In this document: one piece after another, positions 9,240 through 19,207 of the stretch | Layout of the letters: each line of letters starts with the position of its first letter | Numbering within the stretch: position 1 is the stretch's first letter | NCBI GenBank assembly: GCA_040377305.1 | Contig: JBEIPA010000011.1 | Span: 96,001-160,000 of the forward strand | DNA from: Flavobacteriales bacterium | GTDB taxonomy: Bacteria; Bacteroidota; Bacteroidia; Palsa-965 | Direction of reading: 5' to 3' | Length of the DNA stretch: 64,000 nt | Position numbers and translations under genes: made by a program | The notes under the pieces: model-generated | The model's database searches: none | Told to the model about the DNA's origin: nothing | What the model saw: the letters and a program-made list of their open reading frames with translations, nothing else

Positions 9240-12200
9240 CTATCTTGAAATCGTTAGCTTCTGTGTAATTACACTTGAACCATTCTTCACGTTCACGAGG
9301 TACATACCATTTGCAAGTGATGATGTTTCAAATACCGTAGTAGTTCCGTTCGGCACAATTGTCTTCACTACACGTCCACTCATGTCGCAGATTTCAATCA
9401 CTTGTGTTGCGGAAGATGTTTGCACGGTAACTTTATCGTTCGCAGGGTTCGGGTACATCGAGAATGAAAGTACCGGCTCATGCTCATTGTATCCTGGCAT
9501 TACACTTGGATCGATCACCACAGAATCATTCACCGGAGTCATTGCGATATAGGTTTGACGGGCCGTTATTGCGGTGATATCTGAGAGATCAAAGTTGCAG
9601 GTTTCAATTCCGGAAAGATTGTCTGTGGTTACGATGAAAAACGTTGCAATCACACCGCTTCCGTTAATCGTATTGATGTGGTTGTTCTTCACCTCAGCGA
9701 AATCAATCACCGCATTCGAGAGGAAATGTTTCTGGAAAGTGAACATGTCTGTTCCTGTATTTCCAAGCCACGAGTTGTTTGCGTTGATCACCGTAAGGTT
9801 TGTATCGATCAGGAATGCTTCTGATGTAATGCGGAACGAAATTCCATACAAACTATCGATTGGAGTTAATGCAGTTCCAAGTACTACATCAATTTGAACG
9901 AGTGTTTGCAATCCAACCGTGTCAGGAGTACAAACGAGCGTGAGTGATGATGCAGCTGCAGTTTCTTCTGGTGACCCCAAACGGAAAGGATGCGTGAGTG
10001 AGTAGTTCAACGAGATTGGTAGTGTATCGGCAACATCAATTGTTCCGTTGCCATCAGCATCACCATGCTTGTAATTGCAGTTCACATAATTCTGCGACCA
10101 ATCGACCATGGGTTGTGCGTACCACGCGTTCGACGCGCCCGGACGTACTGCATCCGTTGCTCCATAACCTAAACCGATGTGTAATGCATCTGCCATGTTT
10201 ACAACAAGATCGTAGTTGCAATCGCCCGGCCATACATTCGCAACATACACGTTACACGAATCAACTACTGTGAATACGCTTGTGAGTGCACCGCATCCAG
10301 GGAACAGTCCAATTCCGCTGTATGTGCCCGGTTGAGTAACCGTAAGCTGTTGCGTAGGAATATTCAGGAACGTTGTGTTGCCCGTAGTGTCCGTGAAGAA
10401 TTGCCAGCTATAACCCGATCCACCCGGACCGAAGTCAAGTGTTGCGGGACTACCATTGCAGATGAATGTGGTGTCTTGCACATGGAAGTAGTATGCGCTT
10501 ACAACTACAGTGTCCTGAGCAACGCAACCGCCCTGCAGGTCAGTCATGGTTACAATATATTGCTGATTGTGCACCCCGGAAACTACGATCGGACTCTGAA
10601 TGTTTGGATTGTTTAACCCAGTTGCAGGCGACCACTGATATGAATACAATCCCGGAATCTGTGGTTGCGCAAATAGCTGGCCCATCTGCTGACAGAATGT
10701 TGTATCAGGTCCGGCAAATACGCCACACGTGTCGCAGTTGGCAACAACATTAAAAACACTGGTCAATGTTCCACATCCAGGGAAGGTTGCGAAACCAACA
10801 TATGTTCCCGGCTGAGATACTGAGATGGACTGCACCGCCTGATTGAGGAATGTAGTGTTGCCAAGTGTATCCGTAAACGTCTGGAACATATAACTAGTTC
10901 CTCCCGGACCGAGGTTCAACACAACGCTGGTGCACACATTAAATGTATCTGACATCGTATAAAAGTAATATGCGCTAACTACTACAGTGTCGGTTGACGA
11001 GCAGCCGTTGTTCAGGTCAGTCAGAGTAACAATGTATTGCTGATTGGAAACACCTGTGACCACATTCGGTGTTGGTGAATACGGATTATCAAGTCCGGTA
11101 GATGGCGACCACTGGTAAGAATAGTTTCCCGGAGCTCCCGGTGTTGCCTGTAGTTGTCCTTGTTGCTGACAGAAAACAGTATCTGGTCCAGCATATACAG
11201 AACAAGACGACTGAACACAGTTTGTATCCCATTGTACAGCGAATACGTAGTTGTACTGGTTACCACACGCGTACGCAGCACCGAAGTACACACCGATTGT
11301 ATCAACGAACATGACTTGCGATGAGTCCATCTGCATCTGCCAGTAATATCCGTCTTCGGCACCAGCACCCAAATCAAGACCAACACTATCGCCGGGACAC
11401 AGCGAAACTAACCATGTTGGTTGACTCAATGGAACGTACGTTGTTGAATCAGTAATGAGAACCACCATATCAGTAAGCATACCACAGCCCGTGATCGGAT
11501 CACTCATGGTGATGATGATCTGTAAAGTGTCAAACGCGATGCTATCATTTACGTAATAGTATTGACCATAGGACATTGCTGTGTCCAGTACCCACGCTGG
11601 TGTAACATTGAACACATAAGGATTCAACGCAGACGCAGACGCAGTGAAGACTGCCAGAGAATTGGCACATGCTTCTATCGTGTCTGGCATTGAAACTGTA
11701 TTCTGAACAATCATCGTCGGACAACCGGAACCGGCGTTCGTCGTTTTCCACGTCCCACTAAAATCTAGTGTAACAAATCCTGTATCGTTGCTGATGAAAT
11801 CACAATCGCGCACCATATAGCCCGGAGGAATATGATTCAAACCAATCCAGGATGCTCCACCATCTATAGTACGGAATACATTTCCACCAACACCCGTCAT
11901 GTAGCCTGTGTCCGCTGACGGAAAATCAATGGAGAGGAATTGATATGTACCGTAAACTGTAATAGGATTCCAATTTGTTCCACCATTTGTGGTGCGCATT
12001 AAACCATAAGTTCCTGTTGCACATCCGTTCATCGGATCTGTAAATGCGATATCCTGAAATTCGTAGAAGATGCTCGAGAACTGCTGAGTCCACGTTGTTG
12101 CATTGCTAGTCTTGATAATGATTCCGTCATCACCGCCAACCCAACCTGTTGTTGCATTCGCAAATTCAATGGAATAGAGATCAAGTGTTGTTGTTGATGA

Positions 12201-12683
12201 AAGCGTAGTCCAACTCGTTCCTCCGTTAATTGTTTTGCGGATAACTCCACCACCTCCAACTACAAATCCGTCGGTCGAAGAAGTGAACCAAACAGCATTC
12301 AATGGTTCGTTCGATGAGACATTTTGCATCGCAGTCCACGTGGAGCCACCGTTAGAGGTTTTCTTGAACCAACCTGCGTAGTTACCGAAACCAAGATTTT
12401 CACTGTACACCGCAAATCCCTCGTTCGCATTCAACCAGAACATTCCTGATTGATTGAATGAACCGCTTACCGAATCGATCGTGGTCCATGTTATACCGCC
12501 GTCGGTAGATTTCTGCATCGTGTAAACACTTTGCAGGAAACCAACTGAGCTCGACACAAACTTTATGGATTGACCACCATTGTTTGGTGCGATGTTGTTC
12601 CATTGCGCAGATGCAGGTAGCATTAATAAAATCGCGGCTACGGTTGCAATCAGTTTTGTAGGGGAGAAAACAAGTTTACTCAT
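9240..12683 (-). CDS. T9SS-secreted protein: YCF48/BNR propeller, Ig-like repeats, dockerin- and cohesin-like modules, type A CTD
   Basis: Repeated (S/T)xDGGxTW Asp-boxes, ~160-aa internal duplication, WPGDCNYD..VN..D and GDADGNG.ID..D, MYPNPAND...GMYLV...KLTI. Confidence 0.85.
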   Translation of the reverse strand: MSKLVFSPTKLIATVAAILLMLPASAQWNNIAPNNGGQSIKFVSSSVGFLQSVYTMQKSTDGGITWTTIDSVSGSFNQSGMFWLNANEGFAVYSENLGFGNYAGWFKKTSNGGSTWTAMQNVSSNEPLNAVWFTSSTDGFVVGGGGVIRKTINGGTSWTTLSSTTTLDLYSIEFANATTGWVGGDDGIIIKTSNATTWTQQFSSIFYEFQDIAFTDPMNGCATGTYGLMRTTNGGTNWNPITVYGTYQFLSIDFPSADTGYMTGVGGNVFRTIDGGASWIGLNHIPPGYMVRDCDFISNDTGFVTLDFSGTWKTTNAGSGCPTMIVQNTVSMPDTIEACANSLAVFTASASALNPYVFNVTPAWVLDTAMSYGQYYYVNDSIAFDTLQIIITMSDPITGCGMLTDMVVLITDSTTYVPLSQPTWLVSLCPGDSVGLDLGAGAEDGYYWQMQMDSSQVMFVDTIGVYFGAAYACGNQYNYVFAVQWDTNCVQSSCSVYAGPDTVFCQQQGQLQATPGAPGNYSYQWSPSTGLDNPYSPTPNVVTGVSNQQYIVTLTDLNNGCSSTDTVVVSAYYFYTMSDTFNVCTSVVLNLGPGGTSYMFQTFTDTLGNTTFLNQAVQSISVSQPGTYVGFATFPGCGTLTSVFNVVANCDTCGVFAGPDTTFCQQMGQLFAQPQIPGLYSYQWSPATGLNNPNIQSPIVVSGVHNQQYIVTMTDLQGGCVAQDTVVVSAYYFHVQDTTFICNGSPATLDFGPGGSGYSWQFFTDTTGNTTFLNIPTQQLTVTQPGTYSGIGLFPGCGALTSVFTVVDSCNVYVANVWPGDCNYDLVVNMADALHIGLGYGATDAVRPGASNAWYAQPMVDWSQNYVNCNYKHGDADGNGTIDVADTLPISLNYSLTHPFRLGSPEETAAASSLTLVCTPDTVGLQTLVQIDVVLGTALTPIDSLYGISFRITSEAFLIDTNLTVINANNSWLGNTGTDMFTFQKHFLSNAVIDFAEVKNNHINTINGSGVIATFFIVTTDNLSGIETCNFDLSDITAITARQTYIAMTPVNDSVVIDPSVMPGYNEHEPVLSFSMYPNPANDKVTVQTSSATQVIEICDMSGRVVKTIVPNGTTTVFETSSLANGMYLVNVKNGSSVITQKLTISR

Positions 12684-12852
12684 GACTTTGATTTTTTATC
12701 GTTTCGGACGGGTATCGATTGGATACTTGATCACATTACAAACGTAGACCGAAAGCAGCGCCCTTAAAAATACAAAAATTAGTATTTGTCGGATATATAT
12801 AATTACAAATAACGCTCAAATAGCTTATAATTGCTGTATTAAAGCTGATATT

Positions 12853-14280
12853 TTGTCGGAAATACATAAAAACAAGGTTTTGGGCATAATCAGTGGTTTG
12901 TCGGCCGCTGAACTCCCTCTTTTTCGTTCCTGGATCAGTAATGGAGCCACGAACGACAAACTGCTTTTGTCATTGTTCGACTATTGCTGCGAAGTTGTGC
13001 GCAATCCCAAACCGGATACTATATATAAGAAGAATGACGCGTGGAGTGCTTGCTTCGGAAAGTTGAAGTTTGACGACAGTCGTTTTCGTTACCTCAATTC
13101 GGATCTCGTGATGCGTTTGGAAGAATTCATCTTGTGGCGAGGTAATGTAAAGGATGAACTGCGCAGGGAAGAAGTCTTACTGCACGAGTACGGCAAGCGC
13201 GGCAGCATGAAAGCGTGGCATGCGCACTTCGGACAATTCGATGCATTCATCAAAACGGAGAAAGTGCAGGATGCCGATTATTTCTCGCACGCATGGGAAA
13301 TGGAGTTTACACATCTCTCGATGATGTCGGCGGGAAAAGTAGATCCGGAAGCAGCAGCAATTACGCGGGCAGCGGGATATCTCGATCGATTCTACTTAAT
13401 ACGCAAGCTGCAATTGTGTTGCGAAATATTCAACGTGCAAAATGTATTCGCGCAGGAGCATCAGGTTTTTTTGCTGGATGAAATTCTCATTCACATGAAG
13501 AATCGCAGTTACGATGATGTGCCGGTGATTGTGATTTATTACCGCATTCTCATGACGCTGCGCGAGAGTGAGAAAGAAGAACATTATCACACCTTGAGGA
13601 AATTATTACGTGAGCATGCAAATGTTGTAACAACCGAAGAGCTGCGCGACATGTACAAGTACGTGCTCAATTACTGCATCAAGAAAATCAATCTCGGAAA
13701 TATCGATTGGCAAGGTGAGTTGTTTGACATTTACAAAACTACTCTGGAGAACCGTGTTTTGTTAACGGAAGGATTTCTCTCTCACCGCGATTTCAAAAAC
13801 ATTGTCACCATCAGCCTGCGATTACGTGAACTAAAATGGGCAGAAGAATTTATTCCGAAATACGTTCCGGAGTTGCAAGCGAGGGAAAGAGAAAACGCGA
13901 GAATGTACAACACCGCCAATCTTCTTTTTCACAGGAATGATTTCTCCGGGGCTTTACGTCTGCTGCAGCAGGTCGACTTCTCGGATATTTTCTACGATCT
14001 GGATGCACGTTCTATTGTCCTCAAAACTTACTTCGAGCTCGATGAAGAAGAATCATTCGAGTATCATGCAACGGCGTTCCGGAAATTTCTCAAGCGAAAC
14101 AAAAGTGTATCGGAATACCAGCGCAGCATTTATGAGAACCTGATTTTCTACACTTCCCGACTTATGAAAGCCGGAGCCCGGGAGAAACAGATCGAACAAC
14201 TGCGAACAGAAGTCATGGACAAAAAGAATATCGCCGATTTACGCTGGTTGCTCGCGAAAATTGAAGAGAGACTTTCTTAG
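12853..14280 (+). CDS. Hypothetical alpha-helical cytoplasmic protein (TPR-like C-terminus)
   Basis: 475-aa ORF, no signal peptide, divergent from the T9SS gene; TTG start uncertain. Confidence 0.75.
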   Translation: MSEIHKNKVLGIISGLSAAELPLFRSWISNGATNDKLLLSLFDYCCEVVRNPKPDTIYKKNDAWSACFGKLKFDDSRFRYLNSDLVMRLEEFILWRGNVKDELRREEVLLHEYGKRGSMKAWHAHFGQFDAFIKTEKVQDADYFSHAWEMEFTHLSMMSAGKVDPEAAAITRAAGYLDRFYLIRKLQLCCEIFNVQNVFAQEHQVFLLDEILIHMKNRSYDDVPVIVIYYRILMTLRESEKEEHYHTLRKLLREHANVVTTEELRDMYKYVLNYCIKKINLGNIDWQGELFDIYKTTLENRVLLTEGFLSHRDFKNIVTISLRLRELKWAEEFIPKYVPELQARERENARMYNTANLLFHRNDFSGALRLLQQVDFSDIFYDLDARSIVLKTYFELDEEESFEYHATAFRKFLKRNKSVSEYQRSIYENLIFYTSRLMKAGAREKQIEQLRTEVMDKKNIADLRWLLAKIEERLS

Positions 14281-15818
14281 AATCCGTTTCTGATCAAGGG
14301 TTCATCCAGTACGATTACATCAATACCCGGTACAACAGGAATTTCTGCTGGATTGTCCCTGAAAATTGCGACAGGACGATTCTGGATCCGACAATTTTCG
14401 AGCTGATCCGCAGAAGGCAGTCCATCGTAAGCCGTAAAACCCGTGTAATACATGCACGGAACAGCATTCCATTCCCCGCAATTGAAAATTACCGTGTTTG
14501 CGGGAAGTGTTAGCCCTGCACGTTCAAAGCATTCGCGGTTATTGATTCTCGTCTTGCGATAAAATTCTTTAGGATCGCGATCGGTGTGATAATGTTCCAG
14601 TCGACCGATATTCGTAGTGAAGAATATTATTACAACGCCAACGACCGACAGCCACAACATTTTTCTTTGTGCTTGCTCTATTACGCGTTCAATTCCAAAT
14701 GCGACGATGAGCAGTAACAATGGTGTAACCGGAAAACAGAAGAAGGGCATCTTCGTTGGAACAAAACAGTAGAATCCATACACAGCCACAAGTGCAACTA
14801 AAATTCCTGCTTTGATTTGCCCATTCGATTTTCCATGGAGATAAATGAAAAGGGAGATCACGAACGCGACAATAAATACCCAGCCAAACTGTTCACGTAC
14901 CTGATCAAAGTGATACCACCAGGAACCGGAATGGGCAAAGTCGGAACTGAGATGTTCGGCGTAGTTGCCCATTGTCGCACTCCATTGTTCCGGCCACGTT
15001 TGTGATGCATAAACAAACCACGGCGCAGCGAGTAACGTGGTTATTCCAACCGCAAGGAATAACTTCAGCCATCCGTTTTTCGAGAGGCGATTATCAAAGA
15101 ACAGAAACTGCACGGTGAAGGCAACTCCGAATACCAGCATGCCGGGTAGCCATTTGGTGAGCACTGCCCCCGCAGCAAAACACGACATCAGTACTAACCA
15201 CCGTGTTTTTTTCGTGTGAACGTATTCCATCCATGTCCAGAGACTGAAGAAAACATAATAAGCAAACACGGCATCGTTGTGATCTGTATTGAGCCAGCCG
15301 GAAACAATATTGATCTGGATATTAGAGCACGTGATCAGCAATGCGGCAATAAATCCCACGCGTTCGTTTCCGATAATTTTCCCGCAACGATAAATTGCGG
15401 GAATCATCAATACGGAAAGCACTACGCTTGGAATGCGAATAGCCCACGTTGTCGCTCCAAACATTTTTATTGCAAGCGCCATTTGCCACAGAAATAGTGG
15501 CGGCTTATGCAACCAGGTATCCGTGAATGCCCAATACGCCGGAGACATGTTGCTGTCTGCGCTATTCGCTACTAAAACCGGGTGGAAGAAATCGCTGGTA
15601 AGATTTTTTGCAACGAGGGCGTGATATTGCTCATCCCAAATGTTGACGAAGGGATCAATGAAGGCCATCATTAAACGAAACGCTAAGCCGGAAACAAGCA
15701 AAAGAAGAAGTGAAGCCCGAACGTTACCGCGGCTGAAAAGGACCACGGCCATTAACGCAAAAACAATACCGGAGGCAAGAAATGCCAGATCGCGATCCGT
15801 AAAGTGAGTATCAATCAT
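14277..15818 (-). CDS. ArnT/PMT-like GT-C glycosyltransferase
   Basis: WDEQYHALVA, HKPPLFLW, RIPS, LTKW motifs; many TM helices. Confidence 0.85.
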   Translation of the reverse strand: MIDTHFTDRDLAFLASGIVFALMAVVLFSRGNVRASLLLLLVSGLAFRLMMAFIDPFVNIWDEQYHALVAKNLTSDFFHPVLVANSADSNMSPAYWAFTDTWLHKPPLFLWQMALAIKMFGATTWAIRIPSVVLSVLMIPAIYRCGKIIGNERVGFIAALLITCSNIQINIVSGWLNTDHNDAVFAYYVFFSLWTWMEYVHTKKTRWLVLMSCFAAGAVLTKWLPGMLVFGVAFTVQFLFFDNRLSKNGWLKLFLAVGITTLLAAPWFVYASQTWPEQWSATMGNYAEHLSSDFAHSGSWWYHFDQVREQFGWVFIVAFVISLFIYLHGKSNGQIKAGILVALVAVYGFYCFVPTKMPFFCFPVTPLLLLIVAFGIERVIEQAQRKMLWLSVVGVVIIFFTTNIGRLEHYHTDRDPKEFYRKTRINNRECFERAGLTLPANTVIFNCGEWNAVPCMYYTGFTAYDGLPSADQLENCRIQNRPVAIFRDNPAEIPVVPGIDVIVLDEPLIRNGF

Positions 15819-15925
15819 CGGTGCGCTAAATATACACTTAAGGGTGTGCCGTTTTGTGTTAGAATTTAATGAATAAGTAAACGAAAATACTACCCGCTGT
15901 GCACTGGCAACTGCGCACTGAGTAG

Positions 15926-15933
15926 TAATTTTG
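15926..15933 (+). promoter_or_regulatory. Bacteroidota -7 promoter box
   Basis: TAATTTTG matches TAnnTTTG, 4 nt before the purD ATG; same motif at 20476, 27487, 29182, 59477, 61928 (+) and 40740-40747 (-). Confidence 0.65.
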
Positions 15934-15937
15934 CGCC

Positions 15938-17233
15938 ATGAATGTACTCCTTCTTGGTTCCGGTGGACGCGAACACGCTTTCTCCTGGAAAATGTCTCAA
16001 AGTCCGCTTTTATCGAAACTCTTCATTGCGCCCGGAAATGCAGGAACTTCCCTGCACGGAACAAACGTTGACATGAGTGCAACTGATTTTCCTAGAATCA
16101 AATCGTTTGTGCTGGAGAATAACATTGAGCTTGTCGTTGTGGGACCGGAAGATCCGCTGGTGAAAGGCGTTCACGATTTTTTTCTCGCAGATGACGCGCT
16201 GAAAAACATTCCGGTAATTGGTCCGCAAAAACAAGGGGCACAACTCGAAGGCAGCAAAGATTTCTCGAAACGATTTATGATGCGTCATGGTGTTCCGACT
16301 GCAGCTTATGAAACGTTCACGAAAGACACACTCGAAGCCGGATTGAAATTTCTCGAGACACTTTCTCCGCCGTATGTTCTGAAGGCAGACGGACTTGCAG
16401 CAGGAAAAGGCGTTGTGATTCCTACAACACTTGCTGATGCGAAAGCAGAATTAACTGCAATGCTCGCCGATGCAAAATTCGGTGAAGCAAGTAGCCGCGT
16501 GGTGATTGAAGAATTTCTGCAAGGAATTGAGCTTTCTGTTTTCGTTCTCACCGATGGAGTGTCGTATAAAATTCTTCCTGCAGCAAAAGATTACAAACGC
16601 ATCGGGGAAGGCGATACAGGATTGAACACCGGTGGAATGGGCGCGGTGTCTCCGGTTCCGTTTGCAGATGAAGCGTATCTCAAAAAAGTGGAAGAGCGCG
16701 TTGTAATTCCTACCATCGAAGGATTGAAGAAGGACAACATTCCGTATTGCGGATTCATCTTCATTGGCTTGATGAACGACAACGGCGATCCGAAAGTGAT
16801 CGAGTACAACGTTCGCATGGGCGATCCGGAAACAGAAGTTGTTCTTCCGAGAATCAAATCCGATTTGCTGGAGCTTTTTATCGCAGTAGGTAAGAAGCAG
16901 CTCTCATCTGTGAAAGTTGAAATCGATTCACGTACAGCAACAACAGTCATGATGGTTGCAGGCGGTTATCCCGGCGATTACGAAAAAGGAAAAATAATTT
17001 CCGGTCTCGATAAAGTTTCAACGGCAACTGTTTTTCACGCAGGAACGAAGAAATCAGGTGATAACGTTGTGAGCAATGGCGGACGTGTACTTGCATTCAC
17101 TGCGCTGGGCAATTCTATCCAGGAGGCGCTCGATGGATCATTTACAGCAGCGAAAACTGTTTCGTTTGAGGGATGTTATTACCGGAAAGATATCGGACAG
17201 GATTTGCTGAAGCTCATAGGCGAGAAAGTATAG
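15938..17233 (+). CDS. purD: Phosphoribosylamine--glycine ligase
   Basis: LLGSGGREHA, APGNAG, LEGSKDF, KADGLAAGKGV, GLNTGGMGA, EYNVRMGDPE, NGGRVL. Confidence 0.97.
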   Translation: MNVLLLGSGGREHAFSWKMSQSPLLSKLFIAPGNAGTSLHGTNVDMSATDFPRIKSFVLENNIELVVVGPEDPLVKGVHDFFLADDALKNIPVIGPQKQGAQLEGSKDFSKRFMMRHGVPTAAYETFTKDTLEAGLKFLETLSPPYVLKADGLAAGKGVVIPTTLADAKAELTAMLADAKFGEASSRVVIEEFLQGIELSVFVLTDGVSYKILPAAKDYKRIGEGDTGLNTGGMGAVSPVPFADEAYLKKVEERVVIPTIEGLKKDNIPYCGFIFIGLMNDNGDPKVIEYNVRMGDPETEVVLPRIKSDLLELFIAVGKKQLSSVKVEIDSRTATTVMMVAGGYPGDYEKGKIISGLDKVSTATVFHAGTKKSGDNVVSNGGRVLAFTALGNSIQEALDGSFTAAKTVSFEGCYYRKDIGQDLLKLIGEKV

Positions 17234-17330
17234 CGCTTCACTTGTTCGAAATCTGCTCCACTTGCTCGGAGCGGGAATACACTTGACGGCCCTGATGTTT
17301 TTCATTCGGCTTAAGAAGTAATTTTAAATC

Positions 17331-18017
17331 ATGAGAAATTTCTTTCTGGCTTCCATTATTTTGCTGTCAGCTTGCAGCGACACACCTGTTCATAATCAGA
17401 ATGATTCTGTAATTGTGGATTCAGTTGCCGTGATGACGGACAAAACACTTCCACGTCCGCATTCGGTTGTACTTGATACTGTTCCCTCCAAAGATCCGGA
17501 ACTGTATAGCAGGATGGATCCCGCTGCAATATCCGATGCGATGGTGAAAAATACTCCTGAGGGTTGGGTAATTATGGACACAATGACGGGTGATCTCAAC
17601 CGTGACCAATTCACAGATCTTATCATAATACTACAACGCGAGAATGAGTCGGAAAATGATTCCGACGTGGTGCGTCCTCTTCTTATTTTCACCGGCAATA
17701 CGGGAGGCGGATTGGATTTTCGCGAACGAAATGACCATGTAGTTTTGTGTTACCATTGCGGAGGAGTTTACGGTGATCCTTATGATGGTCTCGCCATTAA
17801 GAACGGATATTTTTCCGTCGAACATTACGGCGGTAGCAGTGATCGGTGGACCAGGATCATCACGTTCAAATATTCTGAGAAGGGAAAAACATGGATTTTG
17901 CATCGTGATGCGGGGATCAGCTACAGTGTGTGGGACCCGGAAAAGGAAGAACCGGAAACTGTTTCGAATCAGGAGCACTACGGCAAGATGAAATTCACTG
18001 AATACAATTCGCTATAA
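17331..18017 (+). CDS. Hypothetical lipoprotein (paralog 1)
   Basis: Lipobox LSAC; GDLNRD..D, RND, HYGGS..RW shared with the next gene. Confidence 0.75.
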   Translation: MRNFFLASIILLSACSDTPVHNQNDSVIVDSVAVMTDKTLPRPHSVVLDTVPSKDPELYSRMDPAAISDAMVKNTPEGWVIMDTMTGDLNRDQFTDLIIILQRENESENDSDVVRPLLIFTGNTGGGLDFRERNDHVVLCYHCGGVYGDPYDGLAIKNGYFSVEHYGGSSDRWTRIITFKYSEKGKTWILHRDAGISYSVWDPEKEEPETVSNQEHYGKMKFTEYNSL

Positions 18018-18707
18018 GTGAATCGGACTGTACTTTTTGTTCTTGGGTTCTTACTTCTGGCTTGTGGACAAAGTGAGGAGGTTGAGAAATTGGACAGCAA
18101 TCCGAACGATTCCACAATTGCAGATACAATTCATCGCGACACAATTTTACAGGAAGAAGCACGCCTTGTCTTTGGAGACACTTCCATCATTCCTTCCGGT
18201 TATATTATAATGGAGTCGGCGTATGGAGATCTGAATCTCGATCCATATGCGGATGTTGTTCTCGTACTAGGACATAAATCGGAAACAGAAGGAGCAACAG
18301 GGAGCGAAAAGCCAAGAGTGCTGATGATTTTTTTGTGTGATGCATCAGGTAAGCTGAACTTGGCAGTGCGAAACGATAACATTGTTTACACGGAAGCCGA
18401 AGGACAAATGTTCGGCGAGTCATTCGCGGGAATTGAAGTTGATTCCGGCTCATTGCGCGTGAATCACTACGGAGGCAGTCGTTACCGATGGACAGCGGAC
18501 TACATATTTGAATACAATCCCGATAAAAAGTCGTGGTTCTACACACGTAGCTACGCAACAATGGGCGACATGCTGGGAGAAATGAATGATCTGACGGAAA
18601 CTGGTCAATGTATCCCTTACGCGAATGATACATTAGTCATCAAAAGGCCAATCGACATTCGGAAATTTGATAATCGTACTGCTCCTGTTGCTGCTACACG
18701 CGAATAG
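18018..18707 (+). CDS. Hypothetical lipoprotein (paralog 2)
   Basis: Lipobox LLAC; GDLNLD..D, RND, HYGGSRYRW; GTG directly follows the previous stop. Confidence 0.75.
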   Translation: MNRTVLFVLGFLLLACGQSEEVEKLDSNPNDSTIADTIHRDTILQEEARLVFGDTSIIPSGYIIMESAYGDLNLDPYADVVLVLGHKSETEGATGSEKPRVLMIFLCDASGKLNLAVRNDNIVYTEAEGQMFGESFAGIEVDSGSLRVNHYGGSRYRWTADYIFEYNPDKKSWFYTRSYATMGDMLGEMNDLTETGQCIPYANDTLVIKRPIDIRKFDNRTAPVAATRE

Positions 18708-18795
18708 TTTTCTAACCTGAATCATGCTTCGTTTCTGCACGATCCTGATTCTCTTCTTAACCAAGCACGTGTTGTCCGCACAAGATGCGTCTATC

Positions 18796-18866
18796 TTGTC
18801 AGACCGAGTAAACTCGAGTGTTCGCGTAGCGACTTGTGAAATAGTCTTGGTTGTACCGAGGTATGA
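18796..18866. repeat. REP-like element (TTGTCAGACCGAG family)
   Basis: TTGTCAGACCGAGTAA...TGTACCGAGG.TGA; ends match 59268-59331 inverted; core also at 4812 and 61849. Confidence 0.65.
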
Positions 18867-18930
18867 TCAGAAACAAAAAAAAGCGTCGCTCTTTCGAACA
18901 ACGCTTACGTATAGAGAATTGAGTTGGGTA

Positions 18931-19125
18931 CTACTTCAAAGTGCCGTTAGCTGCGGCCGCTTTATTATACTTATGCTGCACGTAAATCCATGCTGCAGTT
19001 GCAACGAAACCTACTACGATCAAAACTTTGTTTGGAGTGATTGTTTCGTATGTCCATTCAAGTGCGCGGAAGCAATCGTAACAGAAGTCACCAAATGCCC
19101 ACCAGAATCCTTCGTGCTTAATCAT
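18931..19125 (-). CDS. Small membrane protein, DUF6341-like
   Basis: 64 aa with one TM helix; lies between purD and a DUF6427-like gene; terminator-like hairpin near 18876-18907. Confidence 0.55.
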   Translation of the reverse strand: MIKHEGFWWAFGDFCYDCFRALEWTYETITPNKVLIVVGFVATAAWIYVQHKYNKAAAANGTLK

Positions 19126-19207
19126 AAGTCATTGTTTTTTGAACGGCTCAAAAATACAAATTCAAATCAATCCGCAATGCCTTAACTTTGGGAAAACCTC
19201 GGTTTTT

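Noticed and set aside
18724-19185. 153-aa plus-strand ORF
   Set aside because: Runs through a REP element and a terminator, and is antisense to a more plausible small membrane gene.
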